From the NCBI GenBank assembly GCA_965228895.1, contig OZ245842.1:2912001-2976000 (forward strand): 64,000 nucleotides of DNA, written 5' to 3'. Positions 37,801-46,879 of this stretch are shown here, in pieces; position 1 is the stretch's first letter, and each line of letters starts with the position of its first letter. This DNA is from Alphaproteobacteria bacterium (GTDB lineage Bacteria; Pseudomonadota; Alphaproteobacteria; SP197). The translations under genes and the position numbers were made by a program. Under the pieces are notes generated by a model. That model searched no databases, was not told the origin of the DNA, and saw nothing but the letters and a program-made list of their open reading frames with translations.

Positions 37801-37936
37801 AGCAGCCTCTTGTTCTCTTGACCAATTCTCAATTGTTAGCACGAAGCGTGTTACGGTTTCGATGTTCTTTGCTCCGAAGACCGGGATCTCATCGAAACCA
37901 TCCAGCGCAGTTTTATTGACGCGGCTCTTGGTACAA

Positions 37937-38003
37937 CGCCATCTCCGAACACGTGCCCGCGTTTTTCCACCGCAAGGTCGCCGAGGCTGTCGGTGACGTC
38001 TGA
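37937..38003 (+). repeat. Diverged direct-repeat copy of the last 22 codons (incl. stop) of the Rieske oxygenase gene
   Basis: 60/67 nt identical to 36469-36535; AISEHVPAFFHRKVAEAVGDV* versus AISEHVPAFFHHKVAEALGEV*. Confidence 0.95.
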
Positions 38004-38006
38004 CGC

Positions 38007-38468
38007 CTAGACGGGAGCCATGCCCTTCTCGGCCAGTTCCTTCTTCGCCTCGTCCGTCTTGTCGAGGCCTTCCAGCCCCATGCCTTTCAGCACGCCGGGC
38101 GCCTTGGTGTACTGGATGTTTTGGTAGGTCGTGATCTCAACCCGGTTGCCCCAGGGGTCCAGGAAGTCCAGGAAACGGCCCGGCATGATATCGACACCCA
38201 TCGCCTTCAGGGTCTCGCGGACGAGTTCCTTGTCGTCAACCGCGATTCCAAAATGTCGTTTATCATCAGCCTCTTGAGAGCGACCTTTGGCAAAGTTGAT
38301 GAACTGGTCTCCGAAATAGATGAAGGCGGCGTTTTCGCTCTTGGACTTAAGCTCGAAGTTTAAGAAGCCCCCGTAGAAGTCGAGCGCTTGGTCGATATCG
38401 CCGACCTCCAACGCGATGTGATTGATACCGACCGCGTTGGCCTTCTTCGCACCGTTTCCTGTCGCCAT
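38007..38468 (-). CDS. VOC/glyoxalase family protein
   Basis: GINHIALEV, HFGIAV, FLDPWGNRVE. Confidence 0.85.
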   Translation of the reverse strand: MATGNGAKKANAVGINHIALEVGDIDQALDFYGGFLNFELKSKSENAAFIYFGDQFINFAKGRSQEADDKRHFGIAVDDKELVRETLKAMGVDIMPGRFLDFLDPWGNRVEITTYQNIQYTKAPGVLKGMGLEGLDKTDEAKKELAEKGMAPV

Positions 38469-38520
38469 GGCGTCCTCCTTGCCTATGTTCATCTAACGAT
38501 GGGAGCGCCGTCGAACCGGT

Positions 38521-38979
38521 TCAAGACCATGTCTTGCCGCCCGCGATCTTGGCCTTGGCCGCCTGGACGAAACGGCTGGCGTCCGACGGCTGCTGGGGCA
38601 GGTCGTCGGCGATTGTGTGCCAGGGCACCTTGCCCTCGATGCCCGTGTGATAGAGGTCCGGCGGCCAGTCTTCCGGCCGGTCGAAGCTGCCCAGGGTGAC
38701 GGCCGGGACCTTGTCATCAACGAGCCAGAAATCGAGCGACGTACCGCAGGCTCCGCAGAACCCCCGCCTGGCCCACGCCGACGACTGGTAATAGCGCGGC
38801 TCACCCTGGGTGTAGCGGAAGGCGCCCAGGGGGAACGTAGCAAAGACGCCGAAGATGCCGCCAAGCGCCTTCTGGCACATCTTGCAGTGACAGTAGGCGA
38901 CCCATTCCGTCGCGGCATCGGCTTGCCAACGTATGGCGCCGCACAGACAGCCGCCGGTCACCGGCAAGACGCCCGTCAT
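38521..38979 (-). CDS. GFA family protein
   Basis: GGCLCGAIR, CHCKMC, RGFCGACG. Confidence 0.9.
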   Translation of the reverse strand: MTGVLPVTGGCLCGAIRWQADAATEWVAYCHCKMCQKALGGIFGVFATFPLGAFRYTQGEPRYYQSSAWARRGFCGACGTSLDFWLVDDKVPAVTLGSFDRPEDWPPDLYHTGIEGKVPWHTIADDLPQQPSDASRFVQAAKAKIAGGKTWS

Positions 38980-39593
38980 CAGCCAAAGACCTTTTTGACT
39001 GCCGGGCGCGCCGCGGCATTGGCGACGACGCGCTGGGCGTTGGGAAACTCGTCCATGGTCGGATGGCCCATGTCCGGGCTGAGCCATGTCGCCAACATGC
39101 GCACGTGAATGTCGGCGGCGGTGAAGCGATTGCCGACCAGCCAGTCGTCGCCGCCGATCGCCTCGTCGATCATGCCCCAGATCTCACGCAGCCGGATGCA
39201 CGACCGCGCCCGTGCACTCGCGATGTGCTCTTCGCTCTCGCAGAAACGAAGCGGGTAGTAGGTGAGCTGATAGGCCATCTGCAGGGTGTTCGACATATAG
39301 ACCAACCACTGCAAGAACGGCCCGCGCAAGGGATCGTCCGCGGCCGGCGCCAGGCCCGCTTCCGCGTGACGGTCGGTGAGAAACACGGTGATCGCCGAGG
39401 CCTCATGCATGGCGCCGCCATCGTAGATCAGAACGGGGACCCAACCGTTGGGATTGAGTTCCAGAAGTTCCGGCGAACGCGGCTCATTGATGTCGATGCT
39501 GGAATCGAGAAGCTCGTACGGGGCGCCGATTTCCTCGAGCACCGCGCGCGTGCCCATGGCGGCCGAGTGATCGGCGTAAAACAACTTGTACAT
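38979..39593 (-). CDS. Glutathione S-transferase
   Basis: LEEIGAPYE, LNPNGWVPVL, EASAI, FTAADI. Confidence 0.9.
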   Translation of the reverse strand: MYKLFYADHSAAMGTRAVLEEIGAPYELLDSSIDINEPRSPELLELNPNGWVPVLIYDGGAMHEASAITVFLTDRHAEAGLAPAADDPLRGPFLQWLVYMSNTLQMAYQLTYYPLRFCESEEHIASARARSCIRLREIWGMIDEAIGGDDWLVGNRFTAADIHVRMLATWLSPDMGHPTMDEFPNAQRVVANAAARPAVKKVFG

Positions 39594-39611
39594 GGCGTGT
39601 CTCCGGAATGG

Positions 39612-40721
39612 CTAGGCCGTATAGACGGCAACGGGTTCGCCGAGCTTATCGGGTTTGGGCTGAATGCCCAGCCCCGGCGTCTCGGGCGCTGTCATGGTGC
39701 CGTCGACCCAGTCCGGTTTGCCGTCCGCCAGGGAGACGTCGTGAAGTTCGGTCGCGTCCCACATGGAGTGGCATAGCGCCGCCGGCGTCGACTGGGCGAG
39801 ATGCAGAATGGCGGCGGTGGCGATCTCGGAACCGCCGGTATCCTGCAGCGACATGGCAAGCCCTGCTTGGGCAGCAACATCGCGCATGAGCCGGGCCTTG
39901 GTCAGACCGCCGACCTTACCGATCTTGATGTTGATGGCCGCGCATACATTGTCGGCGATGGCGCGCAACAGTACCGTCAGGTCATCCAGGCTTTCATCCA
40001 GCATGATCGGCTGCGAAACCATGCGACTGACGGCAAGGCATTGTTCATAGGTCGCGCAAGGCTGCTCGAACAGCAGCGTCAGACCGCGCCGGCGCGCCGC
40101 TTCCATGACAGCGACAGCATCGCCTTGCAGCCAACCGCCGTTGCAGTCGCACAACGCATCGTCGCCCATGGCAACAATGTCGGCGACCACATCGAGGCGT
40201 GCGATATCCTCCGTCACGTCGCCACTGAACTTGACGGAGTGTTTGCCGTAGCCGCGTTGGCGCAGGGTCTTGAGATTGGCCAGCGTCTCCTCGGGGCCAG
40301 CGGCCGACACGCTGCTCACCAGGTCGACCGCGCCATCGGCGCGTCCGCCCATGAGGTCACAGACCGGCATGCCCGCGTCCTTGCCCAGGATATCCCAGCA
40401 CGCCATGTCGATGGCCGTCTTGCCATAGGGATGCCCCGGTAGCGCGCGATCCATAACGTCGTTGATCCGTTCCGTATGACGGGGGTCGCGGCCCAGGATC
40501 GTCGGCGCGAGCTCATCAATGACGGCGCGCGCACCCTTGGCGAAGGCCGGCAGGTAGCTGGAGCCAAACGGACATGTCTCGCCCCACCCGGTGATACCAG
40601 CATCCGTCTCCAGTGCAACAATCGTGGTGTCGAGCGACGTCCATGTGCGGCCGCCGGACAACCGGTACGGCTTCGTCATCGGCAGATCGACCTGATAGAC
40701 GCGTATGGCGATTATGCGCAT
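39612..40721 (-). CDS. Enolase superfamily (MLE subgroup) enzyme, proline-betaine epimerase HpbD / cis-3-hydroxyproline dehydratase-like
   Basis: GWGETCPFG..YLP, D.N / EQP / DE metal ligands, NIKIGKVGGL, PGLG. Confidence 0.8.
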   Translation of the reverse strand: MRIIAIRVYQVDLPMTKPYRLSGGRTWTSLDTTIVALETDAGITGWGETCPFGSSYLPAFAKGARAVIDELAPTILGRDPRHTERINDVMDRALPGHPYGKTAIDMACWDILGKDAGMPVCDLMGGRADGAVDLVSSVSAAGPEETLANLKTLRQRGYGKHSVKFSGDVTEDIARLDVVADIVAMGDDALCDCNGGWLQGDAVAVMEAARRRGLTLLFEQPCATYEQCLAVSRMVSQPIMLDESLDDLTVLLRAIADNVCAAINIKIGKVGGLTKARLMRDVAAQAGLAMSLQDTGGSEIATAAILHLAQSTPAALCHSMWDATELHDVSLADGKPDWVDGTMTAPETPGLGIQPKPDKLGEPVAVYTA

Positions 40722-40739
40722 GCGATCCAACCGGGGCGC

Positions 40740-42014
40740 TCAGGAACCACGCGCCATCGCCATAAGCGTCTCGACGTAGCGATCGGCGAAGGCCTCGGCG
40801 GCGGCGCGGTCACGCATCGGTTCGTCGTAACCGAACGAAAGACACGCGCCCGCGGCTGTCGAGACAATCGCGACCATGACGGGATGCAGGCCGTGGTTCT
40901 GCGACGGCATGATCAAGATACGGGATATGCCGACCTGTCGTGCGGACAAGCGATCGAGGTCACCGACATCCGAGACACAGATGCCGCTCGCGAACACCTC
41001 GCTCGACGCGGCGATCTGGTCGGCCTGTGCGACCGTAGTTTCGAGCGGCACACGGGTCTCCATCAGAAGCGCCGGTGGGCGGTTGTCGCGAAGCCTTTCA
41101 CCCATGGCGCGCGCGAGTTCGATCAGGCTGAGATCGGCGTGCTCGGGACCGGCGAAGATGTTGATGGAGGCCACAAACTCGCCGACGGTGGTTCGCGAAA
41201 TTGCCGGTTCGCAATCGGCGCGCACATCGGTCGGTTCGACAATTCCTGTCCACGGCGTGTGCCCCGGCAACGCGGGTCCCGCACGCACCGCAGCGGCGCA
41301 AAAGCCCGCGGCCAGATGGATGCCCTCACCGTGCAATCGATCGTGCAACGCCTGAAGATCCCCGCTCGGGAGAACCCTGAGTAGGGCGCGCGGCTGTCGG
41401 TCTTTTGCCGGGGCGCCCCTATCGACCGGCCAGATGGCATCGTCTGGCCATTCGGCGAAGATGCCGGCCTCGCCTTTCAGTCCGGCTGCCGCCAGCGCGC
41501 GTTCGGGCGCGTCGGTCAGCGTCAGCGAAGCTCGGTCGAGGGCATCGGGATCACGGGCCAGAAGATCGATCTCGTTGAACACAACCAGCGCGGAACGCCC
41601 GTCGATGGCCGCGTGATTGGTCACCAAGATCAGCCAAACCGCCTTTCCCGACGCATCCGTCAGCACCACCAGCCGCCATGACGTCACGGCGACATCGTCT
41701 AAAATGGCCGCTTCACGCGCATAGACCGCCTCCATGTCGAACGGCTCGCCTATGGCCTCCGTCCTGATCTCAATGGTCTCGAACGGCACATCGCACACCC
41801 ACCACAGATTGTTGCGCGTCTCGATACGCCCGCGCATGAGCGGATGGCGGCCGTGGATGATCTTGAGAGCGCGACGGAGATTGGCAACGTCCATCGGCCG
41901 CTGCAACTCCGCCATGGCGACCAGTTGCACAGCGCCATTGCAACGCCTTTTCAGCTCGACAAGCAACGCCTCCTGCGGGCCTAGCTCTCGCTCGAAGACG
42001 TCCGTATTTCTCAT
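40740..42014 (-). CDS. CoA-dependent acyltransferase (condensation/PapA5/alcohol acetyltransferase-like)
   Basis: RHPLMR and NHAAIDGRS (HxxxDG) motifs. Confidence 0.7.
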   Translation of the reverse strand: MRNTDVFERELGPQEALLVELKRRCNGAVQLVAMAELQRPMDVANLRRALKIIHGRHPLMRGRIETRNNLWWVCDVPFETIEIRTEAIGEPFDMEAVYAREAAILDDVAVTSWRLVVLTDASGKAVWLILVTNHAAIDGRSALVVFNEIDLLARDPDALDRASLTLTDAPERALAAAGLKGEAGIFAEWPDDAIWPVDRGAPAKDRQPRALLRVLPSGDLQALHDRLHGEGIHLAAGFCAAAVRAGPALPGHTPWTGIVEPTDVRADCEPAISRTTVGEFVASINIFAGPEHADLSLIELARAMGERLRDNRPPALLMETRVPLETTVAQADQIAASSEVFASGICVSDVGDLDRLSARQVGISRILIMPSQNHGLHPVMVAIVSTAAGACLSFGYDEPMRDRAAAEAFADRYVETLMAMARGS

Positions 42015-42051
42015 GTTGAACCCGTCATTTCGCTTGTCGGTATTCTGCCTG

Positions 42052-42819
42052 CTAAGTCTTGAGCTTTGTCATCGCCTTATCGAACTCGCGCCGGTTGATC
42101 GGGCAGGTGCTGACCAAGTGCCCGTCGCAGACGACGTGAAACACGCCATAGGCCGACGGCGCACGGCGGCGCACGTCTTTGGCCGACGTTAGTTCGACCT
42201 CATTGAAGGCAACTCCATAGTCGTCTGCGGCCTCGCGCAACATGGTGACGGTGTCGTCGATATAGGGACATTGGTCTGAGCGCATGACCGTCAGGCCCTT
42301 GCCCAGGGCGGCGCGCTTCTTCTCCCAATTGCCGGTGAACGTCGGCAGGTCAACGTCGCCCCAAGACTTCACCATCAACGAGAACGTGGGCGGCGCTTCT
42401 TCGACGCAGGTGAAGCCGTGTTTTTCGAGGAAGCGCCGGCCGATCAGCCAGTTGCCTTCGCTCGTCACCATCGCAATGCCGGGGAAACCCGCGCGCTTCG
42501 CCTCGTTGACGGCGAGGTCCATAAGGTGGCCACTCAGGCCACTGCCCTTACTGCGCCCGACGACCCACAGACAGTGGATGACAAGATAGTCCGCCGCCTC
42601 GATCGACCGCCACGCATAGGCGCCAGGGATCGTCTCGACAAACCCGCGGCCGCCATCCCGGATCATGTGGATCTTCAGGCCTTCGGCGAAACGTTTGTCG
42701 AGCCACGCGCGTTTTCGTTTGTAGCCGTCAGCCTTGCGTCGGCTCATCAAACAGAAAAACCCAGTCTCGTCCACGTTGTCCGGACCGACCTCAACAATGT
42801 TGAACGCGCCGGCAGCCAT
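42052..42819 (-). CDS. YoaP-like GNAT protein
   Basis: CLMS..K..GY..K..W, GFVE.IPG..AWR, IHCLWV, QCPY. Confidence 0.78.
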   Translation of the reverse strand: MAAGAFNIVEVGPDNVDETGFFCLMSRRKADGYKRKRAWLDKRFAEGLKIHMIRDGGRGFVETIPGAYAWRSIEAADYLVIHCLWVVGRSKGSGLSGHLMDLAVNEAKRAGFPGIAMVTSEGNWLIGRRFLEKHGFTCVEEAPPTFSLMVKSWGDVDLPTFTGNWEKKRAALGKGLTVMRSDQCPYIDDTVTMLREAADDYGVAFNEVELTSAKDVRRRAPSAYGVFHVVCDGHLVSTCPINRREFDKAMTKLKT

Positions 42820-42824
42820 CGCGG

Positions 42825-44864
42825 CTAAAGATCCTTGACCAACCGCAGGGCATCGTAGACCGCCGCATGAATGTTGCGACTGGCAACGCAATCGCCGATG
42901 CGAAAGAGCTGGAAGCGTCCGTCCGGGTTGGTGCGTAGGGCCTGCGGCTCGCCCGCGATCAACGCGTCATAGTCGGTCTGGCCACGATTGACCGAAAGCT
43001 CCTTGAGTTCGCCATAGAGCCCGTCATTGGCGAGCGTGCCGTAATCGGAGACGACCTGATCGACGACACGCTCTTCCTCCTCGTGGCTGTAGTCGTTGTG
43101 CAGGAGACAGACCAGATGACCGTTCTCGCGGTAGATCTGTTTGAGATGGTGGTCAGGCGTCAACAGGACGTCCGACTTATAGAGGTTCTGCATGTGGGTC
43201 GGCAGGTTGGTGGCGCCAACCTCCTCGCCGATCATGCGCCCATTGGTCACGACTTCGACCAGCGCGCCGCGCTCGGCCAGGAACTCCGCACAGGACGGGC
43301 CCTGCTGCATGCCACTCTCGTCGTAGAGCAACACGTTCTTCGCAGGCTCGACCGCGCCGGTCAGAATGTCCCAGACACTGGCGGCCAGGTCGGCGCCATC
43401 GTAATAGCCGGTGTTGGGCCGCCCGCCGGTCGCCAGGATCACCACGTCCGGGTTCTCATTCACAATGGCGTCACGGGTCGCTTCGGTGCCGTAGCGTTGG
43501 TCAATGCCCAGTTTCGTCACCTGCCCATCGAACCAGCGCACGATGCCCGATAGATTTTCGCGCCACGGTGCCTTGGCCGCGATGTTGATCTGACCGCCGG
43601 GTTGTTCAGCCATCTCGAACAGGATGACATCGTGACCGCGTTCGGCGGCGACGCGGGCCGCCTCCAGGCCACCTGGGCCTGCCCCGACCACGACCACCTT
43701 GCGCGCCGATGACGCCTTGTCGATGACATGGGGCATGGTCTGTTCGCGGCCGGTCGCGGCGTTGTACGCGCACAATGCCTCGCCGCCCATCGAGACCCGG
43801 TCGACACAATAGGTCGCGCCGACACACTGACGGATATCGTCGACGCGCCCTTCCACCAGTTTGTTGACGATATGCGGATCGGCGATGTGGGCTCGGGTCA
43901 TGGCAACCATGTCGATATGCCCCTCGGCGATGGCGCGATCGGCCGTCGGCAGATCGCGGATTGCCGAGGCATGCAGAACAGGGATGTCGACCTGGGCCTT
44001 CACCGCGCTTGCCAGATGGAGAAACGGCGCCGGCGGAAAGCTCATGTTCGGCATCAGCATAGCGAGCCCCGACCAGTCGGTGCCGTGACTTTGATAGACA
44101 GACAAGAAGTCGATCAGGCCGGACTGGGCGAAACGTGTCGCGATTGTCATGCAGTCGGACTGATCGAGGCCGCCTTCCAGAAGTTCGTCGCCGGACAGGC
44201 GCATGCCGACGATAAAGTCGTCGCCGACGGCCTCGCGGATCGCCTCGAACACCTCCAGGCCAAAGCGCATGCGGTTATCCAGGCTGCCACCGTAGCCGTC
44301 GGTCCGTTGGTTGACGCTGGGCGACAGAAAGGCATCGATCAGATGTTGCGCGGCGGCGATCACCTCGACGCCATCGAGGCCGCCTTCCCGGCAACGCTGG
44401 GCCGCGCGCGCGTAGCACGCGATGATGCGGCGGATGTCCCAATCTTCGGCTTCCTTCGGAAAGCTGCGGTGCAGCGGCTCACGCACCGGCGACGGCGCCA
44501 CCAGCGGCATCCAGTTGCCGCCGTCCCAACGCCCCCGCCGGCCTATATGGGTGATCTGGCACATGGTCGCCGCACCATGGCTGTGCACCCGCTCGGCGAG
44601 CGCCTTCAGGTGCGGGATGACATCGTCGTGGGCCACCGATAGCTGGCGGAACGGCAGCGGCGAATCCGGCGCGACCGACGACGAGCCGCCGAACATGGTA
44701 AGCGCAATGCCGCCCCTCGCTTTTTCCTCGTGATAGAGCTGGTAGCGCTCGCCCGGCATGCCATCCTCGGCATAGGCCGGCGCGTGCGCCGTCGACATGA
44801 TGCGGTTCCTGAGCGTCAGCCCCTTGATGGTCAGGGGTTTCAAAAGCGCGTCGTACTGGGCCAT
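42825..44864 (-). CDS. Second DgcA/StcD-like NADH:flavin oxidoreductase (N-methylproline demethylase-like)
   Basis: Clear paralogue of 19835-21877: LRNRIMSTAH, TRAHIADPH, CVGATYC, GAGPGG, RIGDCVASRNIHAA. Confidence 0.88.
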   Translation of the reverse strand: MAQYDALLKPLTIKGLTLRNRIMSTAHAPAYAEDGMPGERYQLYHEEKARGGIALTMFGGSSSVAPDSPLPFRQLSVAHDDVIPHLKALAERVHSHGAATMCQITHIGRRGRWDGGNWMPLVAPSPVREPLHRSFPKEAEDWDIRRIIACYARAAQRCREGGLDGVEVIAAAQHLIDAFLSPSVNQRTDGYGGSLDNRMRFGLEVFEAIREAVGDDFIVGMRLSGDELLEGGLDQSDCMTIATRFAQSGLIDFLSVYQSHGTDWSGLAMLMPNMSFPPAPFLHLASAVKAQVDIPVLHASAIRDLPTADRAIAEGHIDMVAMTRAHIADPHIVNKLVEGRVDDIRQCVGATYCVDRVSMGGEALCAYNAATGREQTMPHVIDKASSARKVVVVGAGPGGLEAARVAAERGHDVILFEMAEQPGGQINIAAKAPWRENLSGIVRWFDGQVTKLGIDQRYGTEATRDAIVNENPDVVILATGGRPNTGYYDGADLAASVWDILTGAVEPAKNVLLYDESGMQQGPSCAEFLAERGALVEVVTNGRMIGEEVGATNLPTHMQNLYKSDVLLTPDHHLKQIYRENGHLVCLLHNDYSHEEEERVVDQVVSDYGTLANDGLYGELKELSVNRGQTDYDALIAGEPQALRTNPDGRFQLFRIGDCVASRNIHAAVYDALRLVKDL

Positions 44865-44866
44865 CG

Positions 44867-45394
44867 TCAGCGAGCCCTCTGTCCGACGGCTGCGGCCAAG
44901 GTGGTCATCGCATCGGCCTCAAGGCGATAGTGACGGTGTCCCAAGTCGATCATCCCGATTGCCTCGTAAAACTCTATCGCCGGAAGTCCTTCCTCGACAA
45001 ACAGCTCGATACGAATCCAATCGCGCTCGACGGCAAGTCTCGCCACCTCTGCCATCAACTGCCGCGCGATGCCATGCTGGCGGTATTCTGGTCCGACATA
45101 GAGCGCATGAACAATGCCCATCGGCCGCCCCCTCCATCCGGCATAGCCGCGAAAGAACGAGACAAAGCCGATAACCGTTCGATCGACCTCGGCCGCGAGA
45201 GCCTCAAAGAGAGGGTCGACACCGAATCCCGCGCGAGAAATTGCATCGACCGTAAGTTGTGCATGGAAGCCGGGCCGATGGCTCTCGATCAGACAACACG
45301 TCAGGCGATGGAGCGCCTCGGCATCTTCGACACATGCCGGCCGCACGGAAGCCCGAACCAACGCGCGCTCCTGCGATCCGTGCACGGTCGGCAT
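44867..45394 (-). CDS. GNAT N-acetyltransferase (SSAT/PaiA-like)
   Basis: LYVGPEYRQHGIARQLM, AIEFYEAIG; start uncertain. Confidence 0.75.
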   Translation of the reverse strand: MPTVHGSQERALVRASVRPACVEDAEALHRLTCCLIESHRPGFHAQLTVDAISRAGFGVDPLFEALAAEVDRTVIGFVSFFRGYAGWRGRPMGIVHALYVGPEYRQHGIARQLMAEVARLAVERDWIRIELFVEEGLPAIEFYEAIGMIDLGHRHYRLEADAMTTLAAAVGQRAR

Positions 45395-45407
45395 CCGCCT
45401 CGCCAGC

Positions 45408-46709
45408 CTAACGCGCGACGCGGTCGCGGTATTGGTAATAGCGCTGCACGATCGGCAGGAACCAGGGATTGCCGTCATAGAGCGGGATGGTCGGAAAGGC
45501 CAACCCCTCGAACGCGCACTCGGCTTCCGGCGTTCCCAGGATGCGCTGTGCGGTCTTGTAGCCGAGATAGGTCTGCTTCACGACGCCCGACCCATTGCAG
45601 GCGAGCGCAAAGTGCAGGCCATCCTTGACGCCGGTATGCGGCAGCTTGTCGAAGGCGAACGCGACGTTGCCTGTCCAGCTATGGGTGACCTTGATGTCTT
45701 TCAGTTCCGGGAACACGCCGGTCATGAAGTCGTGCAGGATTTTGCCGCTCTCGTGTGTCTCGACATCGCGCGTCTTGGCGCGGCCGCCGAAGATGACGCG
45801 CTTCCGGTCGGGCGACGGCCGGTAGTAGTAGAGGATCTTCTTGGTGTCGGCGATCATCCGGTGATTGGGGAACAACCGGTTCATGGTCTCGACCGGCAGT
45901 TCCTCGGTCGCGATGATGTAGCTGCCGACCGGGACCAGGCGGCGGCGGAAATTCTGCGCCGCGCGCGGCGTGTAGCCGTTGGTCATGACGGCGACCTCTT
46001 TGGCTCTGACCGTGCCGCGCGATGTCGTCACCTGGAATCCGTCGCCGTCCCGGCTGATGCGCTCGACCGGCGTGTGGGCCGCCAGCTTGACCCCGGCCGC
46101 CATCACGCGATCGAGGAACTCCTGATGGTAGACGGCCGGATGCAGACCGCCGCCCGACAACGTCACCTTGCCGCCGTGATAGATATCGGTCGCGACCTCG
46201 TTCGCCACATCGCCCTTGGCGATCATGTGGCCGGTATCGAGGCCGACTTCCTTTTTCACCAGGTCGGCGTCGCGCGCCATGGCTTCATAGTGGCTGGGGG
46301 CGTGGGCGCCGACGAAACGGCCGACCTTCTGATAGTGGCACTGCATCTGTTCGGACGCGATGAACTCGTCGAAAAACACCATGGCGTTGTTGGCTTCGCG
46401 CACCAGGGCGGCGGCCTTGGTCTGGCCGTACTTGGCCTTCAGCTCGCTGTAGCCCAGCTTGAGCCCGCCACCAGCCATGCCGCCGCTGCGCGAGCTGGCA
46501 CCGTAGCCGGGTTCGCTGGCTTCCAGGATCAGGACGTCACGCCCGGCGCGGGCCAGGTAGAGCGCGGCCGCCATGCCGGCATAGCCGGAGCCGACCACGG
46601 CCACGTCGACGGTTTCGGGCAAGGCGATCGGAACGAACTCAGGCCGGGGCGCCTCCTCCCACCAATAGGGCGTTGCCTTCCAGTCGTCGGCAAACGGGGC
46701 CTCGGCCAT
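45408..46709 (-). CDS. FAD-dependent amine/amino-acid oxidoreductase (DAO/PuuB-like)
   Basis: VVGSGYAG, GASSRSGG, TNGYT, FGGR, HSWTG, CNGSGV. Confidence 0.85.
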   Translation of the reverse strand: MAEAPFADDWKATPYWWEEAPRPEFVPIALPETVDVAVVGSGYAGMAAALYLARAGRDVLILEASEPGYGASSRSGGMAGGGLKLGYSELKAKYGQTKAAALVREANNAMVFFDEFIASEQMQCHYQKVGRFVGAHAPSHYEAMARDADLVKKEVGLDTGHMIAKGDVANEVATDIYHGGKVTLSGGGLHPAVYHQEFLDRVMAAGVKLAAHTPVERISRDGDGFQVTTSRGTVRAKEVAVMTNGYTPRAAQNFRRRLVPVGSYIIATEELPVETMNRLFPNHRMIADTKKILYYYRPSPDRKRVIFGGRAKTRDVETHESGKILHDFMTGVFPELKDIKVTHSWTGNVAFAFDKLPHTGVKDGLHFALACNGSGVVKQTYLGYKTAQRILGTPEAECAFEGLAFPTIPLYDGNPWFLPIVQRYYQYRDRVAR

Positions 46710-46879
46710 GGGTGTCCTCCTGTGTTTCACCGCAACCTAGCGGATTCACGCCGCCACCGACAAGACGGGCGAACCCGACCAAAGGCGACCTTGGTCTCGT
46801 TGTCGGCGACGGAAACTGGCCGTTTTGCCGTGCAACCGCGTGTCATAAGCAGCCCGGCAGGCCCGAGGAGGCAGTAACG

